This document shows, one piece after another, positions 37,251 through 46,550 of a stretch of 64,000 nucleotides of DNA. A program made the position numbers and the translations under genes. A model generated the notes under the pieces. It saw nothing but the letters and a program-made list of their open reading frames with translations. It did no database searches and was not told the origin of the DNA. The DNA is taken from IMG/VR virus record IMGVR_UViG_3300027759_000044, one strand, 5' to 3'. Position 1 is the stretch's first letter, and each line of letters begins with the position of its first letter. Source of the stretch: a virus. Its lineage: Duplodnaviria; Caudoviricetes.

Positions 37251-37483
37251 TTTATTTTAAGATTCATTTTTTTCAAAATAGTTTCTTCATGGGTACCGCC
37301 ACCTTGTTTGTACACATTGTTAACTTCTTTGGCACATTCACGCACAACCAATTCATAAAACTTTTCTAGTTCTTTATCATACGGGCCGGCCCAATCAATC
37401 TTGCCTGCACCTGGCCCCCATGATTCATTGGCCCAAGTAACAAAGCCAGCCTCTTTGGCAATATCTTTAATCTTTTTATTCAT
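37247..37483 (-). CDS. MNxxIxxLA..AG / ELVVREC family protein
   Basis: Paralog of 38043 and 38252. Confidence 0.7.
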   Translation of the reverse strand: MNKKIKDIAKEAGFVTWANESWGPGAGKIDWAGPYDKELEKFYELVVRECAKEVNNVYKQGGGTHEETILKKMNLKIK

Positions 37484-37508
37484 TGTTCAGCCCCCAATAA
37501 TATATTAC

Positions 37509-37817
37509 TTATGCCGTAAACCAATCAGCATCATCTTTCAATTCTATAGATTCGTCACCGTCATATTCGTTTACTCTGAACATTGCACCTTCAGGTATCC
37601 ATGCTACTTTCAATTCCCACATACCACCTTCGTATATGTTAGGATACTTTAGTGTAACATATGTTTTCAACTCATCGAATTTTTCTTCCTCTACTAACTG
37701 AACGATAGCAGGGTCAAATAATAATTCAGGATGATTGGTATTCCATGTATACCATCCTGATCCATAATCAGGGCTATACAATACAGCAACTTTTCCATAT
37801 CTAACTAATTTGTTCAT
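37509..37817 (-). CDS. Hypothetical phage protein
   Basis: GKVAVLYSP.YG.GW.TWN and EYDG.E.I motifs. Confidence 0.8.
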   Translation of the reverse strand: MNKLVRYGKVAVLYSPDYGSGWYTWNTNHPELLFDPAIVQLVEEEKFDELKTYVTLKYPNIYEGGMWELKVAWIPEGAMFRVNEYDGDESIELKDDADWFTA

Positions 37818-37818
37818 A

Positions 37819-38046
37819 TTATCTCCAAGCGTTAACTAAACCAATTAAACAAGTAACTATTGCTACCACATTCACTACCAATTGCGGGTTATTCTTTACA
37901 CGTATGGTCCATGTCAAAAACATAATTGTACCCAATGTAAATGCTACAATATTGTAGGGATAAACACTAGGTCCAATAGAGTTACAGATATGGCCAACAA
38001 TAATGAATACTGCTCCAATCCATTGTAGGATATCGTTTAATTTCAT
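37819..38046 (-). CDS. Membrane protein (start revised to 38046)
   Basis: ATGA overlap; three TM helices. Confidence 0.7.
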   Translation of the reverse strand: MKLNDILQWIGAVFIIVGHICNSIGPSVYPYNIVAFTLGTIMFLTWTIRVKNNPQLVVNVVAIVTCLIGLVNAWR

Positions 38047-38255
38047 TCCACTCCAAAATGTTCTGACAACCATTGTCTTGCGTGAAAACGTGCTATCAAT
38101 TGATGCCCGCCTGGATCTAAAACTTGTATGCATTCCTTAACAATCAATTCGGCAAACTTTTCAATAGCCTGTTTATCATAGTCATCCATTTCATCCCAGC
38201 ATCCTTGTGCGGTTAGTCCTGAATGATACATCAAATCTTCAATTCTTTTGTTCAT
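38043..38255 (-). CDS. EKFAELIVKEC family protein
   Basis: Ends HFGVE like its neighbour. Confidence 0.75.
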   Translation of the reverse strand: MNKRIEDLMYHSGLTAQGCWDEMDDYDKQAIEKFAELIVKECIQVLDPGGHQLIARFHARQWLSEHFGVE

Positions 38256-38455
38256 TCTTCAACTCCAAAATGTATCTTTGTATTCCAAATAGCATCACTA
38301 AGACGCAACTTGGATTGATTGGCATCCTGCATTATCGTCAAACATTCCTTGACAATCAATTCGGCAAACTTTTCCATATTACTAGGTAGTCCTATTTCCA
38401 AATAGTCTTTTGAGTAACCGGCCTGTTCAGCAAGTTCTTTAATTCTTTCGTTCAT
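38252..38455 (-). CDS. EKFAELIVKEC family protein
   Basis: Ends HFGVEE. Confidence 0.75.
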   Translation of the reverse strand: MNERIKELAEQAGYSKDYLEIGLPSNMEKFAELIVKECLTIMQDANQSKLRLSDAIWNTKIHFGVEE

Positions 38456-38793
38456 TACTTTACTCCAAATGTGTTAAGTGCTGGTTGCAATGTGTTAATC
38501 AATTCTGTCTCACGGGCATGAGCAGGACGCTTACCACGCACAACTTCTAATGTCCCAAATATAAAACGCTCGGCTCCTCGCTCACGTAAGGCACGTGACA
38601 GACCCCAATTTTTGTTTTCTGTCATAGCCCGTTGCATATGTTTTTGCATACGACGGACTAGTGTTCTACGAACATTGCCATTAAAACAAAGGGCAGTCAA
38701 ACCAACATAGTATTCCTGTGTTACTGTATCTTGGATATAGTATATCACTTGATTACGATCTGTTCTACGTTTACGGGTGATTTTCGAGTTCAT
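38455..38793 (-). CDS. GIY-YIG-like nuclease, probably leaderless (start revised)
   Basis: VIYYI...YYVGLT...R...H...E; promoter 38800-38828 ends 6 nt before ATG. Confidence 0.7.
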   Translation of the reverse strand: MNSKITRKRRTDRNQVIYYIQDTVTQEYYVGLTALCFNGNVRRTLVRRMQKHMQRAMTENKNWGLSRALRERGAERFIFGTLEVVRGKRPAHARETELINTLQPALNTFGVK

Positions 38794-38799
38794 GTTAGT

Positions 38800-38828
38800 A
38801 TTGTACATGAAAGCCCATTTATTGTCAA
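38800..38828 (-). promoter_or_regulatory. Early promoter cassette
   Basis: TTGACA-ataaatgggctttcatg(17)-TACAAT. Confidence 0.85.
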
Positions 38829-38947
38829 ATATTGGCAAAAACCGCTAGAAGTGTATCAGAGTGTATTCCTGAATCCTCTAGCGATTTTGAAGCCCCTGAG
38901 GGGGCTAAATGAGTACTTTTGTTTGTTAAAAATGTAATACTTAAGTA

Positions 38948-39241
38948 TTAGTGAATTACTTGTCCTACACTTGTATTAATCCAAGTCTTAATTTCTTTAC
39001 GCAATTCTTTTTCTGTATATCCCATTTCTCCTAAACGGGATACTAATGAAATGAATAATCCATGACTGGCGATACCATATATATAAGTATCATCATCATT
39101 ATCAAGTTCAAATTTATCTAATTGTTCCAATAATACATCATTAATAAATTCCGATGCAATAATGGCGCTATGTTCAAATTGCCACATTTCCGGATCTTCA
39201 TCTTCTACTTCTTTAACTATTAATAGATTCTCTTTGCTCAT
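38948..39241 (-). CDS. Acidic hypothetical protein
   Basis: Packed ORF. Confidence 0.65.
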   Translation of the reverse strand: MSKENLLIVKEVEDEDPEMWQFEHSAIIASEFINDVLLEQLDKFELDNDDDTYIYGIASHGLFISLVSRLGEMGYTEKELRKEIKTWINTSVGQVIH

Positions 39242-39710
39242 TATTATTCTCCGAGTTATCTGTATTTACTATCGGTGTATATTCATAATTAATTGTTTCT
39301 ATATTCTCTCTAAAAACAATAGCTCCATTACGTAAATGAAATCTCCTAGCCATATTAGTTTTAGGACTTAATGTGACAAATCTATTAACACTAGGATATT
39401 GTTCCTGAATACCCTTAACTGCTCTATATAATAATTCAGCACCTTTTCCGGCTTTATAACTCCATATTGTATAAAATACTGCGGTAGTCGGTACTTGTGT
39501 AGTATTATCTAAATCTTTTACATTTTCTGGAATAAAATCATGGAAACTAACACATACCATTGCATCTGGATTATCTGCTGATTCATCAGTTAATGCGGCA
39601 ACTAATCGTCCATTACTAACTCTAAAATCGGCTGAGATTTCAGGTCTTACTGGATCGTCTTTAATAAATTCTAAAAGTTTGTGTGTGATATCTTTAATGA
39701 AGTGTAGCAT
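39213..39710 (-). CDS. GNAT-fold-like protein
   Basis: FYTIWSY..G.G..LL, VTLSP, A.RFHL.NG. Confidence 0.55.
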   Translation of the reverse strand: MLHFIKDITHKLLEFIKDDPVRPEISADFRVSNGRLVAALTDESADNPDAMVCVSFHDFIPENVKDLDNTTQVPTTAVFYTIWSYKAGKGAELLYRAVKGIQEQYPSVNRFVTLSPKTNMARRFHLRNGAIVFRENIETINYEYTPIVNTDNSENNNEQRESINS

Positions 39711-39798
39711 TTTAGCCTCGGAGTAGTGTTATTCGTATTTAGCATAAATTTAAAATATGCTATTATTTAGCGACATTTTTTAGCCACTAAATATTATC

Positions 39799-40704
39799 AT
39801 GGAAAATGTTATTGAATGGAATGTTGGTTTAAATGATTTTAAGAAATGTACCCTAATATTAGGAGAACATTCTCATAAATTTACCACAGAATTATTAGAT
39901 GTTCCATTTGAATATGGGCGTAATATTACTGACATATTTAATGACCATTTATCCAATAGACAGACCAAGTATGTAGAGATATTATATAGTGGTGGGTTGG
40001 ATAGTGAATTAGTATTATTGTCTTGTTTGAAAAACAATATACCGGTAATAGCAATAACATTAGTTATTAAAATAGAAGGGTTAATCATTAATACTCACGA
40101 TTTATATTATGCCGAAAAATTTTGTAGAGAAAATGATATAATTCATAAACTTGTTGAATTAGATGCCGATAACTTTTTTCAGAATGGTAAACATTTACCT
40201 TATTTGACACCTTATTATATCACAGAACCTCATGTAGCAACACATTTATGGTTAATTGAACAATGTAATTATTTCCCTATTATGGGCGGTGATTGGCCTT
40301 GGGTACAGACTCATATAGAAAACAAAATGTTATCGCCTAGTAGACTAGAGTTTTCTAGTTATGAAAGGTTTATGAAAGATACAGGTATTAATGGTATTGG
40401 TAATATGATTGGATATAGTTTAGAATCTAGTTGTAAACTAATACAGATACATTTGGATAATCATATAAGTGGTGAGCCCGTATCTAATTTCAAATCACGC
40501 ATGTATCAAACTATGTATCCTGAACTAAAGCCTAGATTAAGAAGTTATGGATGGGAACATCATAAAACTAATTCATTTAATCTAATAAAGTATAAAATAG
40601 ATTTAATTAAACAATTAAAACTTACCACTCCATTTATTAAATGGAATAATACTATAAAAACGCTATTAAATACGTCAACTACTGAAAATGACCAATTCAA
40701 ATAA
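39799..40704 (+). CDS. PP-loop adenine nucleotide alpha-hydrolase-like protein
   Basis: LYSGGLDSE motif; ACTAAATA upstream. Confidence 0.7.
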   Translation: MENVIEWNVGLNDFKKCTLILGEHSHKFTTELLDVPFEYGRNITDIFNDHLSNRQTKYVEILYSGGLDSELVLLSCLKNNIPVIAITLVIKIEGLIINTHDLYYAEKFCRENDIIHKLVELDADNFFQNGKHLPYLTPYYITEPHVATHLWLIEQCNYFPIMGGDWPWVQTHIENKMLSPSRLEFSSYERFMKDTGINGIGNMIGYSLESSCKLIQIHLDNHISGEPVSNFKSRMYQTMYPELKPRLRSYGWEHHKTNSFNLIKYKIDLIKQLKLTTPFIKWNNTIKTLLNTSTTENDQFK

Positions 40705-41278
40705 ATTTGATACGCATGAATCCTTTTATCACGGGTTGATTAAAAGCAAACTATGGTTATGTGAGGAACTAGAAAAAGCTATATACCGTGAATGTATTAG
40801 TAAACCTTCATTACATATTCTTGGATGTTGGGATAATCTATTAGCATTTATGCTACTTACACGTAATCCTACATTCTATTACGAAGTTCACGGTTATGAT
40901 ATAAATACAGAAGCAATAGCTAATGCTAATAAAATATGTGATATGTGGAAATATGAATCACCTAAAGTTTATAATCATGTGCAGGACGTGAATAACTATG
41001 ATTTTAGTACATGTATAAACAGTATCTTTATCAATTGTAGTATAGACCAAATGGACAGTAATAACTGGTATAATTCAGTGCCAAAAGGAAGATTAGTCTG
41101 TATTCAAACTACTAATATGAAAGATCCTGAATTTCCTTGGTATATTAAACAAACAACCAATAGTTTAGATGAGTTAGTTGATAGGTTTAATCTGAGTAAT
41201 TTGATATATTTCGGTGTAGAAAGTATTCCATATGGAACAGGTGATTATAAACGTTTTATGATTATAGGACGCAAATGA
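40688..41278 (+). CDS. Class I SAM methyltransferase-like protein
   Basis: ILGCW, YDI, INCS.(D/E).M, IQT.N; degenerate motif I. Confidence 0.55.
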   Translation: MTNSNKFDTHESFYHGLIKSKLWLCEELEKAIYRECISKPSLHILGCWDNLLAFMLLTRNPTFYYEVHGYDINTEAIANANKICDMWKYESPKVYNHVQDVNNYDFSTCINSIFINCSIDQMDSNNWYNSVPKGRLVCIQTTNMKDPEFPWYIKQTTNSLDELVDRFNLSNLIYFGVESIPYGTGDYKRFMIIGRK

Positions 41279-41300
41279 TTAGTAAAGAATAAATACATAT

Positions 41301-42191
41301 ATGGATGATTATAAGTATTTTTCACAATTATGCGAAAGCATAGTTACAGAAACCAGCACAGCTATGGCACAATTCACTGGGCCGGGCGCACAGGAAATAT
41401 TAAAACGGTTACATTCTAAAGAAGCTTTTGGACATGATGTTCAGCCTGAACCTGTAGTCAGACCTAAATGGACTGATCTCAAAGACAAGCCCGGAACATG
41501 GTTGCTAATAACAGGTAATAAAGGATTCGGGGCAGTCAAGTTTTTGCCGAGCAGTTTCAGAAGAGGCAGCGGATCATATCAATTGTTAGCTAGCAACGGT
41601 AAACCTGATCCTGATGAAGGCAATATGATATATTCTACCATTTCAGATAATGTTGCTAGTGCTAATAGTTCGTTAAAAGGTATTATAGGTGATGCTAAGA
41701 AATTTTACTTTGTAGATAGTGAATACGCTAAACAATTAAATACCAAACGTGTCGCAAATAAACCAGATCCTGCAGGAATTACAACTGTATCTAAATTGGT
41801 TACTAGATTTAAACCGCTTTTTAAAAAAATATTAGTTGCTTCTAAAGCTGATATCAATGGTGTCATTTCTAATATGGCAAAAAATGATGCTTATCATAAA
41901 GTAGAGAAAAAACTTACACAGGTACAGGCCATTGATAGCTCAATACAAGACTTAGACGATGGTACAATATCTGATTTACTTATTATGGCGGTTAACAACA
42001 GCGTTGTATTGACTGCAAGATATTACTATCCGGATCTAACCGGTAATGTCACTAGTGGATATAGATACCGTGATCTTAGTTTATCATCTGATAAATCTGA
42101 AGGCGTTCAAAAAGTATTAGCAGATATAGCCAACGGCGATAGAGAGAAATTAAGTGCTGTTCTCGCATATCTAAAAAGGAGTTTAGTATAA
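41301..42191 (+). CDS. Hypothetical late protein
   Basis: AATAAATA upstream; 296 aa. Confidence 0.75.
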   Translation: MDDYKYFSQLCESIVTETSTAMAQFTGPGAQEILKRLHSKEAFGHDVQPEPVVRPKWTDLKDKPGTWLLITGNKGFGAVKFLPSSFRRGSGSYQLLASNGKPDPDEGNMIYSTISDNVASANSSLKGIIGDAKKFYFVDSEYAKQLNTKRVANKPDPAGITTVSKLVTRFKPLFKKILVASKADINGVISNMAKNDAYHKVEKKLTQVQAIDSSIQDLDDGTISDLLIMAVNNSVVLTARYYYPDLTGNVTSGYRYRDLSLSSDKSEGVQKVLADIANGDREKLSAVLAYLKRSLV

Positions 42192-43438
42192 TGAGAGCAA
42201 CACACTTTTTAACAGAAGCAGATATCGGTACTAATATAATGAAAGACCCAAAGCTAGAAAAAATGTTAGCTATAGCTGTTAGACATGATAGAACATTCCC
42301 GCGAAATGAAATAGCAGATATGGGTCCAAAACCTACATATGCTGATTATGTTAAATCCTGGAGTAAATTAGTTAATCAAACACTAGCCAATAATAACTAT
42401 GGTGATTTAAGTAAAGATATTAAATTTGCCAATTGGTTATTAAAATTATATGTAAATCATGCGCTAGACTATGAAGATTTGAATGGTGAGGGCGGTGATG
42501 CATTAGGTGCTTGGCAAGCATTAAGCACACGTGGTTTGTTAAAGAAACCAGATCAAGATTTAAATAATAAAAAGTTTACTAGTTTACGTGCATTGCAAAA
42601 GGCAATGGAAAGAGATGAGTATCGTACTACTCTCCGAAAAATTAAAGATGCTGAAGAATTAGAGAAACATAAACGCACTAGAAAAGAAATAGTATTAATA
42701 GACAATGATAGATTTCATGTTATCATGCCATTAAACTATGGTGCTTGTTATACATTTAATAATCAAACTGGACACATGAGTAATTTCTGTACAGGTGGTT
42801 CTAGTGGGCATAATTGGTTTAATAATTATGCCCCTGATGGTCCTATCGTAAGTATTGTTGATAAACAAAATATTAATAATAAAAATGGTAAGTGGCAATT
42901 ACATGCACCTACTAGCCAACTAGTAAATAGTACACAAGATCAAAGATATAATAGAGTTGGCGCTGATGCTGAGTTTGCTAAAAGATTCCCTGGCTTGATG
43001 AAAGAAATTGTTAGAGCGATACTTACAAAAGCAAATGAAGTAAAAGAAGGTAGTAAAAAAATTGCCCCGCCTGAAGGATATGATGTTAGAGAAGCAGCCA
43101 AGCAGATTGTAGCAAAGTTCCCTCAGAGTTACAAATCAACTCCGGGAGCGCCAGGAAAAAATCTACCACCTGATAATACTGAGTATGTAACTGTTGTAGA
43201 TCAACCAGATGAACCGGAACCAACTCAGCCAACACAAGCAACCAACCCATTTGCTGAACCTGAAGGTCCAAACATAAGTGATTGGAGAATATATAATGCA
43301 GGACGACAAGTTGCTACAGCAGTAAATAAAACACAACAACAAGCTATGCAAGAACTAGAAAAATATGCTGTAAAGAATAGAATACCTAGAGGTCGTATGT
43401 ATTTACAAGATTATTCTAACAATCAAATAGTCAGATGA
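42191..43438 (+). CDS. Hypothetical late protein (possible internal virion protein)
   Basis: MRATHFLTE N-terminus; Pro-rich linker. Confidence 0.75.
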   Translation: MRATHFLTEADIGTNIMKDPKLEKMLAIAVRHDRTFPRNEIADMGPKPTYADYVKSWSKLVNQTLANNNYGDLSKDIKFANWLLKLYVNHALDYEDLNGEGGDALGAWQALSTRGLLKKPDQDLNNKKFTSLRALQKAMERDEYRTTLRKIKDAEELEKHKRTRKEIVLIDNDRFHVIMPLNYGACYTFNNQTGHMSNFCTGGSSGHNWFNNYAPDGPIVSIVDKQNINNKNGKWQLHAPTSQLVNSTQDQRYNRVGADAEFAKRFPGLMKEIVRAILTKANEVKEGSKKIAPPEGYDVREAAKQIVAKFPQSYKSTPGAPGKNLPPDNTEYVTVVDQPDEPEPTQPTQATNPFAEPEGPNISDWRIYNAGRQVATAVNKTQQQAMQELEKYAVKNRIPRGRMYLQDYSNNQIVR

Positions 43439-43443
43439 TAGCC

Positions 43444-43473
43444 AAAAAAATAGACCCCGAAGGGTCTATTTTT
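43444..43473. terminator. Bidirectional terminator
   Basis: AAAAAAATAGACCC-CGAA-GGGTCTATTTTT. Confidence 0.9.
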
Positions 43474-44074
43474 ACATTACAATTCCATTACCGTTCTTAA
43501 ATCCTACAGTACCACCCTCTGCTTCAATACGTTTTATAACATCTTCAAACAGTATGGGTCTATAGTCTGTATGTTCAACACATACGCAATGATAACGAAC
43601 ATCAATATAATGTCTACTACCACGTTGGTGAAACTCATGTAATGTTTCAACGTGTTTCATTACACGGTTAGCATGTAAGTGCCCGTGAATGTTAACACCA
43701 AATCTTCCCAATGATTCTTCATGTATTGGAATGTGACTTAATATCATTCCATTCATAACATGATAAGCACGTAGTTCACGGAAGTATTCTCTATACTCAT
43801 CATCACGGAAAATATCATGGTTACCACGAATCAATACTTTATCACCGTTTAAGCGACTCATAATCTTTAATGCTTTACGGTTAATGACAACATCGCCCAA
43901 GTGATATACTTTATCCTTAGGTCTAACTGTTTCATTCCAACGCTTAACCATTTCTTCATCCATTTCATCAGGATCAGTCCATGGCCTTAATTTTGTAACA
44001 CCATCGTTACGTGTGAAATGACATACTCCGGAATGCCCGAAGTGTGTGTCACTTGTTAAAAATACTGCGGGCAT
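43472..44074 (-). CDS. Calcineurin-like metallophosphoesterase
   Basis: SDTHFGH, LGD, GNHD, SH.P, HGHLH. Confidence 0.9.
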   Translation of the reverse strand: MPAVFLTSDTHFGHSGVCHFTRNDGVTKLRPWTDPDEMDEEMVKRWNETVRPKDKVYHLGDVVINRKALKIMSRLNGDKVLIRGNHDIFRDDEYREYFRELRAYHVMNGMILSHIPIHEESLGRFGVNIHGHLHANRVMKHVETLHEFHQRGSRHYIDVRYHCVCVEHTDYRPILFEDVIKRIEAEGGTVGFKNGNGIVM

Positions 44075-44088
44075 ATAATTCCTTTATT

Positions 44089-44163
44089 TGGCATACCCCC
44101 AAGGATTCGAACCTTGCCTTGCGGTTTTGGAGACCGATGTGCTGCCGCTAACACCAGGGATAC
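44089..44163 (-). tRNA. trnW: tRNA-Trp(CCA)
   Basis: Cloverleaf; loop CT-CCA-AA; encoded CCA end. Confidence 0.9.
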
Positions 44164-44168
44164 ATTGT

Positions 44169-44390
44169 TTACAAATTCTTTCTAATTCGTTTAAGATATT
44201 CACGTCCAACAAGTCCTTGTTCAATTTCTTCTAATGCAGTTACCATTGGCCCTGATTTAGTATTAAGCATAGAACGATGTCCTCGTTTTAATTCTCTTAC
44301 ACGTTGTGAGGCGATAAGAACTAAATCAAAACGATTACCGACCATGAGTGCGGCTTCTTCACTTGTATATCTTGCTCTGCTTTGTGACAT
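44169..44390 (-). CDS. rpoZ: RNA polymerase omega subunit homologue (start revised to 44390)
   Basis: ARYT.E.A...VGNRFDLVLIASQRVREL and TALEEIE.G; AAGGA RBS. Confidence 0.88.
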   Translation of the reverse strand: MSQSRARYTSEEAALMVGNRFDLVLIASQRVRELKRGHRSMLNTKSGPMVTALEEIEQGLVGREYLKRIRKNL

Positions 44391-44410
44391 AATTTTCCTT
44401 TTAAAAATTT

Positions 44411-44486
44411 TGGTGGGTCGTGACAGGCTCGAACTGCCGACATTCTGCGTGTAAGGCAGACGCTCTACCAACTGAGCTAACGACCC
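44411..44486 (-). tRNA. trnV: tRNA-Val(TAC)
   Basis: Canonical cloverleaf with CCA. Confidence 0.95.
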
Positions 44487-44491
44487 GATGT

Positions 44492-44671
44492 TTAACCACC
44501 TTGGTTACTATCTTTAACTTCTGTTTGACTAGCAATTCTTTCAAATGCTTCATCTTCTATTTGTTGATCCTCAATCATTCTTGGATCTGGCTTACGAAAG
44601 ATATTATCCCAGTTATTATTAAACGTATTTAAATCTACGCTATATGGTCTAGGAAGACTACCTTTGCTCAT
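44492..44671 (-). CDS. Small protein MSKGSLPRP...NWDNIF (not in track)
   Basis: ATGA overlap with upstream ORF. Confidence 0.6.
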   Translation of the reverse strand: MSKGSLPRPYSVDLNTFNNNWDNIFRKPDPRMIEDQQIEDEAFERIASQTEVKDSNQGG

Positions 44672-44835
44672 TTGCTATTATCCTTGCGAGAACTTGTACG
44701 TGAATTGCTTTTTTCAATTTCAACAAAACTACGAATAAAAGCTCCACGTTCATGTGCATCACGAATTAGTGTTGCCGCACGTTTAACTGCTTTAGGGATT
44801 TTAACTGCCCTTGAATCATAACCTCTACATGTCAT
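44668..44835 (-). CDS. Small basic protein MTCRGYD... (not in track)
   Basis: GAGG RBS. Confidence 0.6.
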   Translation of the reverse strand: MTCRGYDSRAVKIPKAVKRAATLIRDAHERGAFIRSFVEIEKSNSRTSSRKDNSK

Positions 44836-44860
44836 ACTATTTCCTCTTTTAAAAAATCAT

Positions 44861-44934
44861 TGGTCTCGGTAGCAGGAATCGAACCTACGCTCGAACGTCC
44901 CAAACGTTCAGTGATACCATTTCACCATACCGAG
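44861..44934 (-). tRNA. trnP: tRNA-Pro(TGG)
   Basis: Loop TT-TGG-GA; CCA end. Confidence 0.9.
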
Positions 44935-44940
44935 ATAAAC

Positions 44941-45090
44941 TTAACTTGGTATTATATGTGGTATATATGGAACATTACGTGGACCATGTCGCTGTTCAAG
45001 TAGCTTTTTAGCTTCTTGTACATTTGGTGCGTACACTTTGTCCTTTTTATCACCTTCCGGTGTTCTTACTGTTGTTTCATACATTGGCAT
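44941..45090 (-). CDS. Small protein MPMYETTV... (not in track)
   Basis: AGGAG RBS. Confidence 0.6.
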   Translation of the reverse strand: MPMYETTVRTPEGDKKDKVYAPNVQEAKKLLEQRHGPRNVPYIPHIIPS

Positions 45091-45141
45091 ATAATTCTCC
45101 TATTTGGTTACGCCATACGGCACTTAAACTATTTTATTTGG

Positions 45142-45672
45142 TTAATATGCCCAAATAACTCCTGAAAAACGTGTTCCTTTTGTTACTTCTGTCACACCAT
45201 GTCGATATAAAAAGGTAGAAGGGAACAGTAATACATCACCTTGACTTAATTTTATAACTTCATCGTTCATTGTAAAATTTCCACCTTCAAAATCATCATT
45301 AAAAACTAATATCATAGATATAACAGGAATACCATCATCTTTATTTCTTCTAATTAAATCATAGTGAGGTGACATTATAGTACCGACTGAATATTTGTTT
45401 AATCTTAACTCAGAACAAAATGATACTATCATATCCATATTCAATTCTATTAAATATTCCAGCATTGCTTGATGTATGTAAGGGTCTATATAATCAACAT
45501 TATTAAATAATACATCTAATTCTCTATTATGCTGAGGGCCGTATTTATCTGCTCCAGCACTGTACCATGCATGTTGTACCCAATTAGGATGATCTTTATG
45601 TTCTCTAATTACTTTTTCACAAATATCTTTTGGTATAATATTATATATTTTACAATAGTCTTTGATTTCCAT
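45142..45672 (-). CDS. 2OG-Fe(II) oxygenase (prolyl-4-hydroxylase-like)
   Basis: L.KY, HYD, ND.FEGG.F, FP...Y.H.V..VTKGTRFS. Confidence 0.85.
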   Translation of the reverse strand: MEIKDYCKIYNIIPKDICEKVIREHKDHPNWVQHAWYSAGADKYGPQHNRELDVLFNNVDYIDPYIHQAMLEYLIELNMDMIVSFCSELRLNKYSVGTIMSPHYDLIRRNKDDGIPVISMILVFNDDFEGGNFTMNDEVIKLSQGDVLLFPSTFLYRHGVTEVTKGTRFSGVIWAY

Positions 45673-45689
45673 AAGTTCACCTTTAAATT

Positions 45690-45764
45690 TGGATGCGGGG
45701 GACGGATTCGCACCGCCGATCTTCAGGTTATGAGCCTGATGAGTTACTACTTCTCTACCCCGCG
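45690..45764 (-). tRNA. trnM: Initiator-type tRNA-fMet(CAT), atypical
   Basis: C1:A72 mismatch; CT-CAT-AA loop. Confidence 0.8.
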
Positions 45765-45770
45765 CTATCT

Positions 45771-45846
45771 TGGTGGAGGAGACAGGGATCGAACCTGCGA
45801 CCTATTGCTTGCAAAGCAACCGCTCTCCCAACTGAGCTACACCCCC
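45771..45846 (-). tRNA. trnA: tRNA-Ala(TGC)
   Basis: Cloverleaf with G3:U70. Confidence 0.95.
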
Positions 45847-45855
45847 AAATACTTT

Positions 45856-45940
45856 TGGTGCCCTAGGTCGGACTCGAACCGACACATATTTCTACGCCAG
45901 AACCTAAATCTGGTGCGTCTACCAATTTCGCCACCAGGGC
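45856..45940 (-). tRNA. trnL: tRNA-Leu(TAG)
   Basis: Long variable arm; TT-TAG-GT. Confidence 0.95.
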
Positions 45941-46000
45941 ATTCATTTCAATACTTATTGTAACATAAAACTATTTAGTTGTCTACTACTTTGGATAACT

Positions 46001-46074
46001 TGGAGCGGGGTAACAGAATCGAACTGTCAGCATTAGCTTGGAAGGCTAAGGTATTACCACTATACGAACCCCGC
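46001..46074 (-). tRNA. trnG: tRNA-Gly(TCC)
   Basis: Cloverleaf; U73 discriminator; CCA. Confidence 0.95.
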
Positions 46075-46100
46075 AAAAAAGCCCACAGTATTTAGTGGGC
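46075..46100 (-). terminator. Intrinsic terminator directly upstream of tRNA-Gly
   Basis: GCCCAC-TAAATACT-GTGGGC followed by T6. Confidence 0.7.
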
Positions 46101-46122
46101 CCTTTGTCTGTGTGTGAAAGTT

Positions 46123-46362
46123 TTATTTCCTATCAAAGGCCCAGAATAAAACTCCTAGAGCAACAAGACCTACTAGACCTTGACTACCCAATGCTGTCAC
46201 AAACTTTAATACATTACCTAAAATGTCTAAACCTATGAATGGCACTGCCGCTCCGAAAATGATTTGTAAGATTACGCCTACTGCTAATAACTTGATACCT
46301 AAGTCAACTACGTGCCCTAGAAATCCACCAGCAATATCGAATGCGTTATTCATTTTTTCCAT
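46123..46362 (-). CDS. Small two-TM membrane protein (start 46362)
   Basis: AAGGA RBS; LG..GLVGLVAL motif. Confidence 0.75.
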   Translation of the reverse strand: MEKMNNAFDIAGGFLGHVVDLGIKLLAVGVILQIIFGAAVPFIGLDILGNVLKFVTALGSQGLVGLVALGVLFWAFDRK

Positions 46363-46469
46363 GTTTTTGTTTCCTTTCACAAACTAATATTTACCTCTTT
46401 GTGAAGGCTTCAAAGCACATTCTCTTTACATTATTAGACTATTCTTATTACACAATAAGTCTATATATT

Positions 46470-46545
46470 TGGAGTAGGTGACAGGAGTCGAACCTGCATA
46501 GCACGGATTTGCAATCCGCTACCTAACCATTCGGTACACACCTAC
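46470..46545 (-). tRNA. trnC: tRNA-Cys(GCA)
   Basis: TT-GCA-AA; U73. Confidence 0.93.
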
Positions 46546-46550
46546 ATAAA

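Noticed and set aside
38840-38945. Palindromic intergenic tract (CGCTAG/CTAGCG, AGCCCC/GGGGCT)
   Set aside because: Could be a terminator or origin-like site, but there is no U-tract or iteron pattern to support a call.
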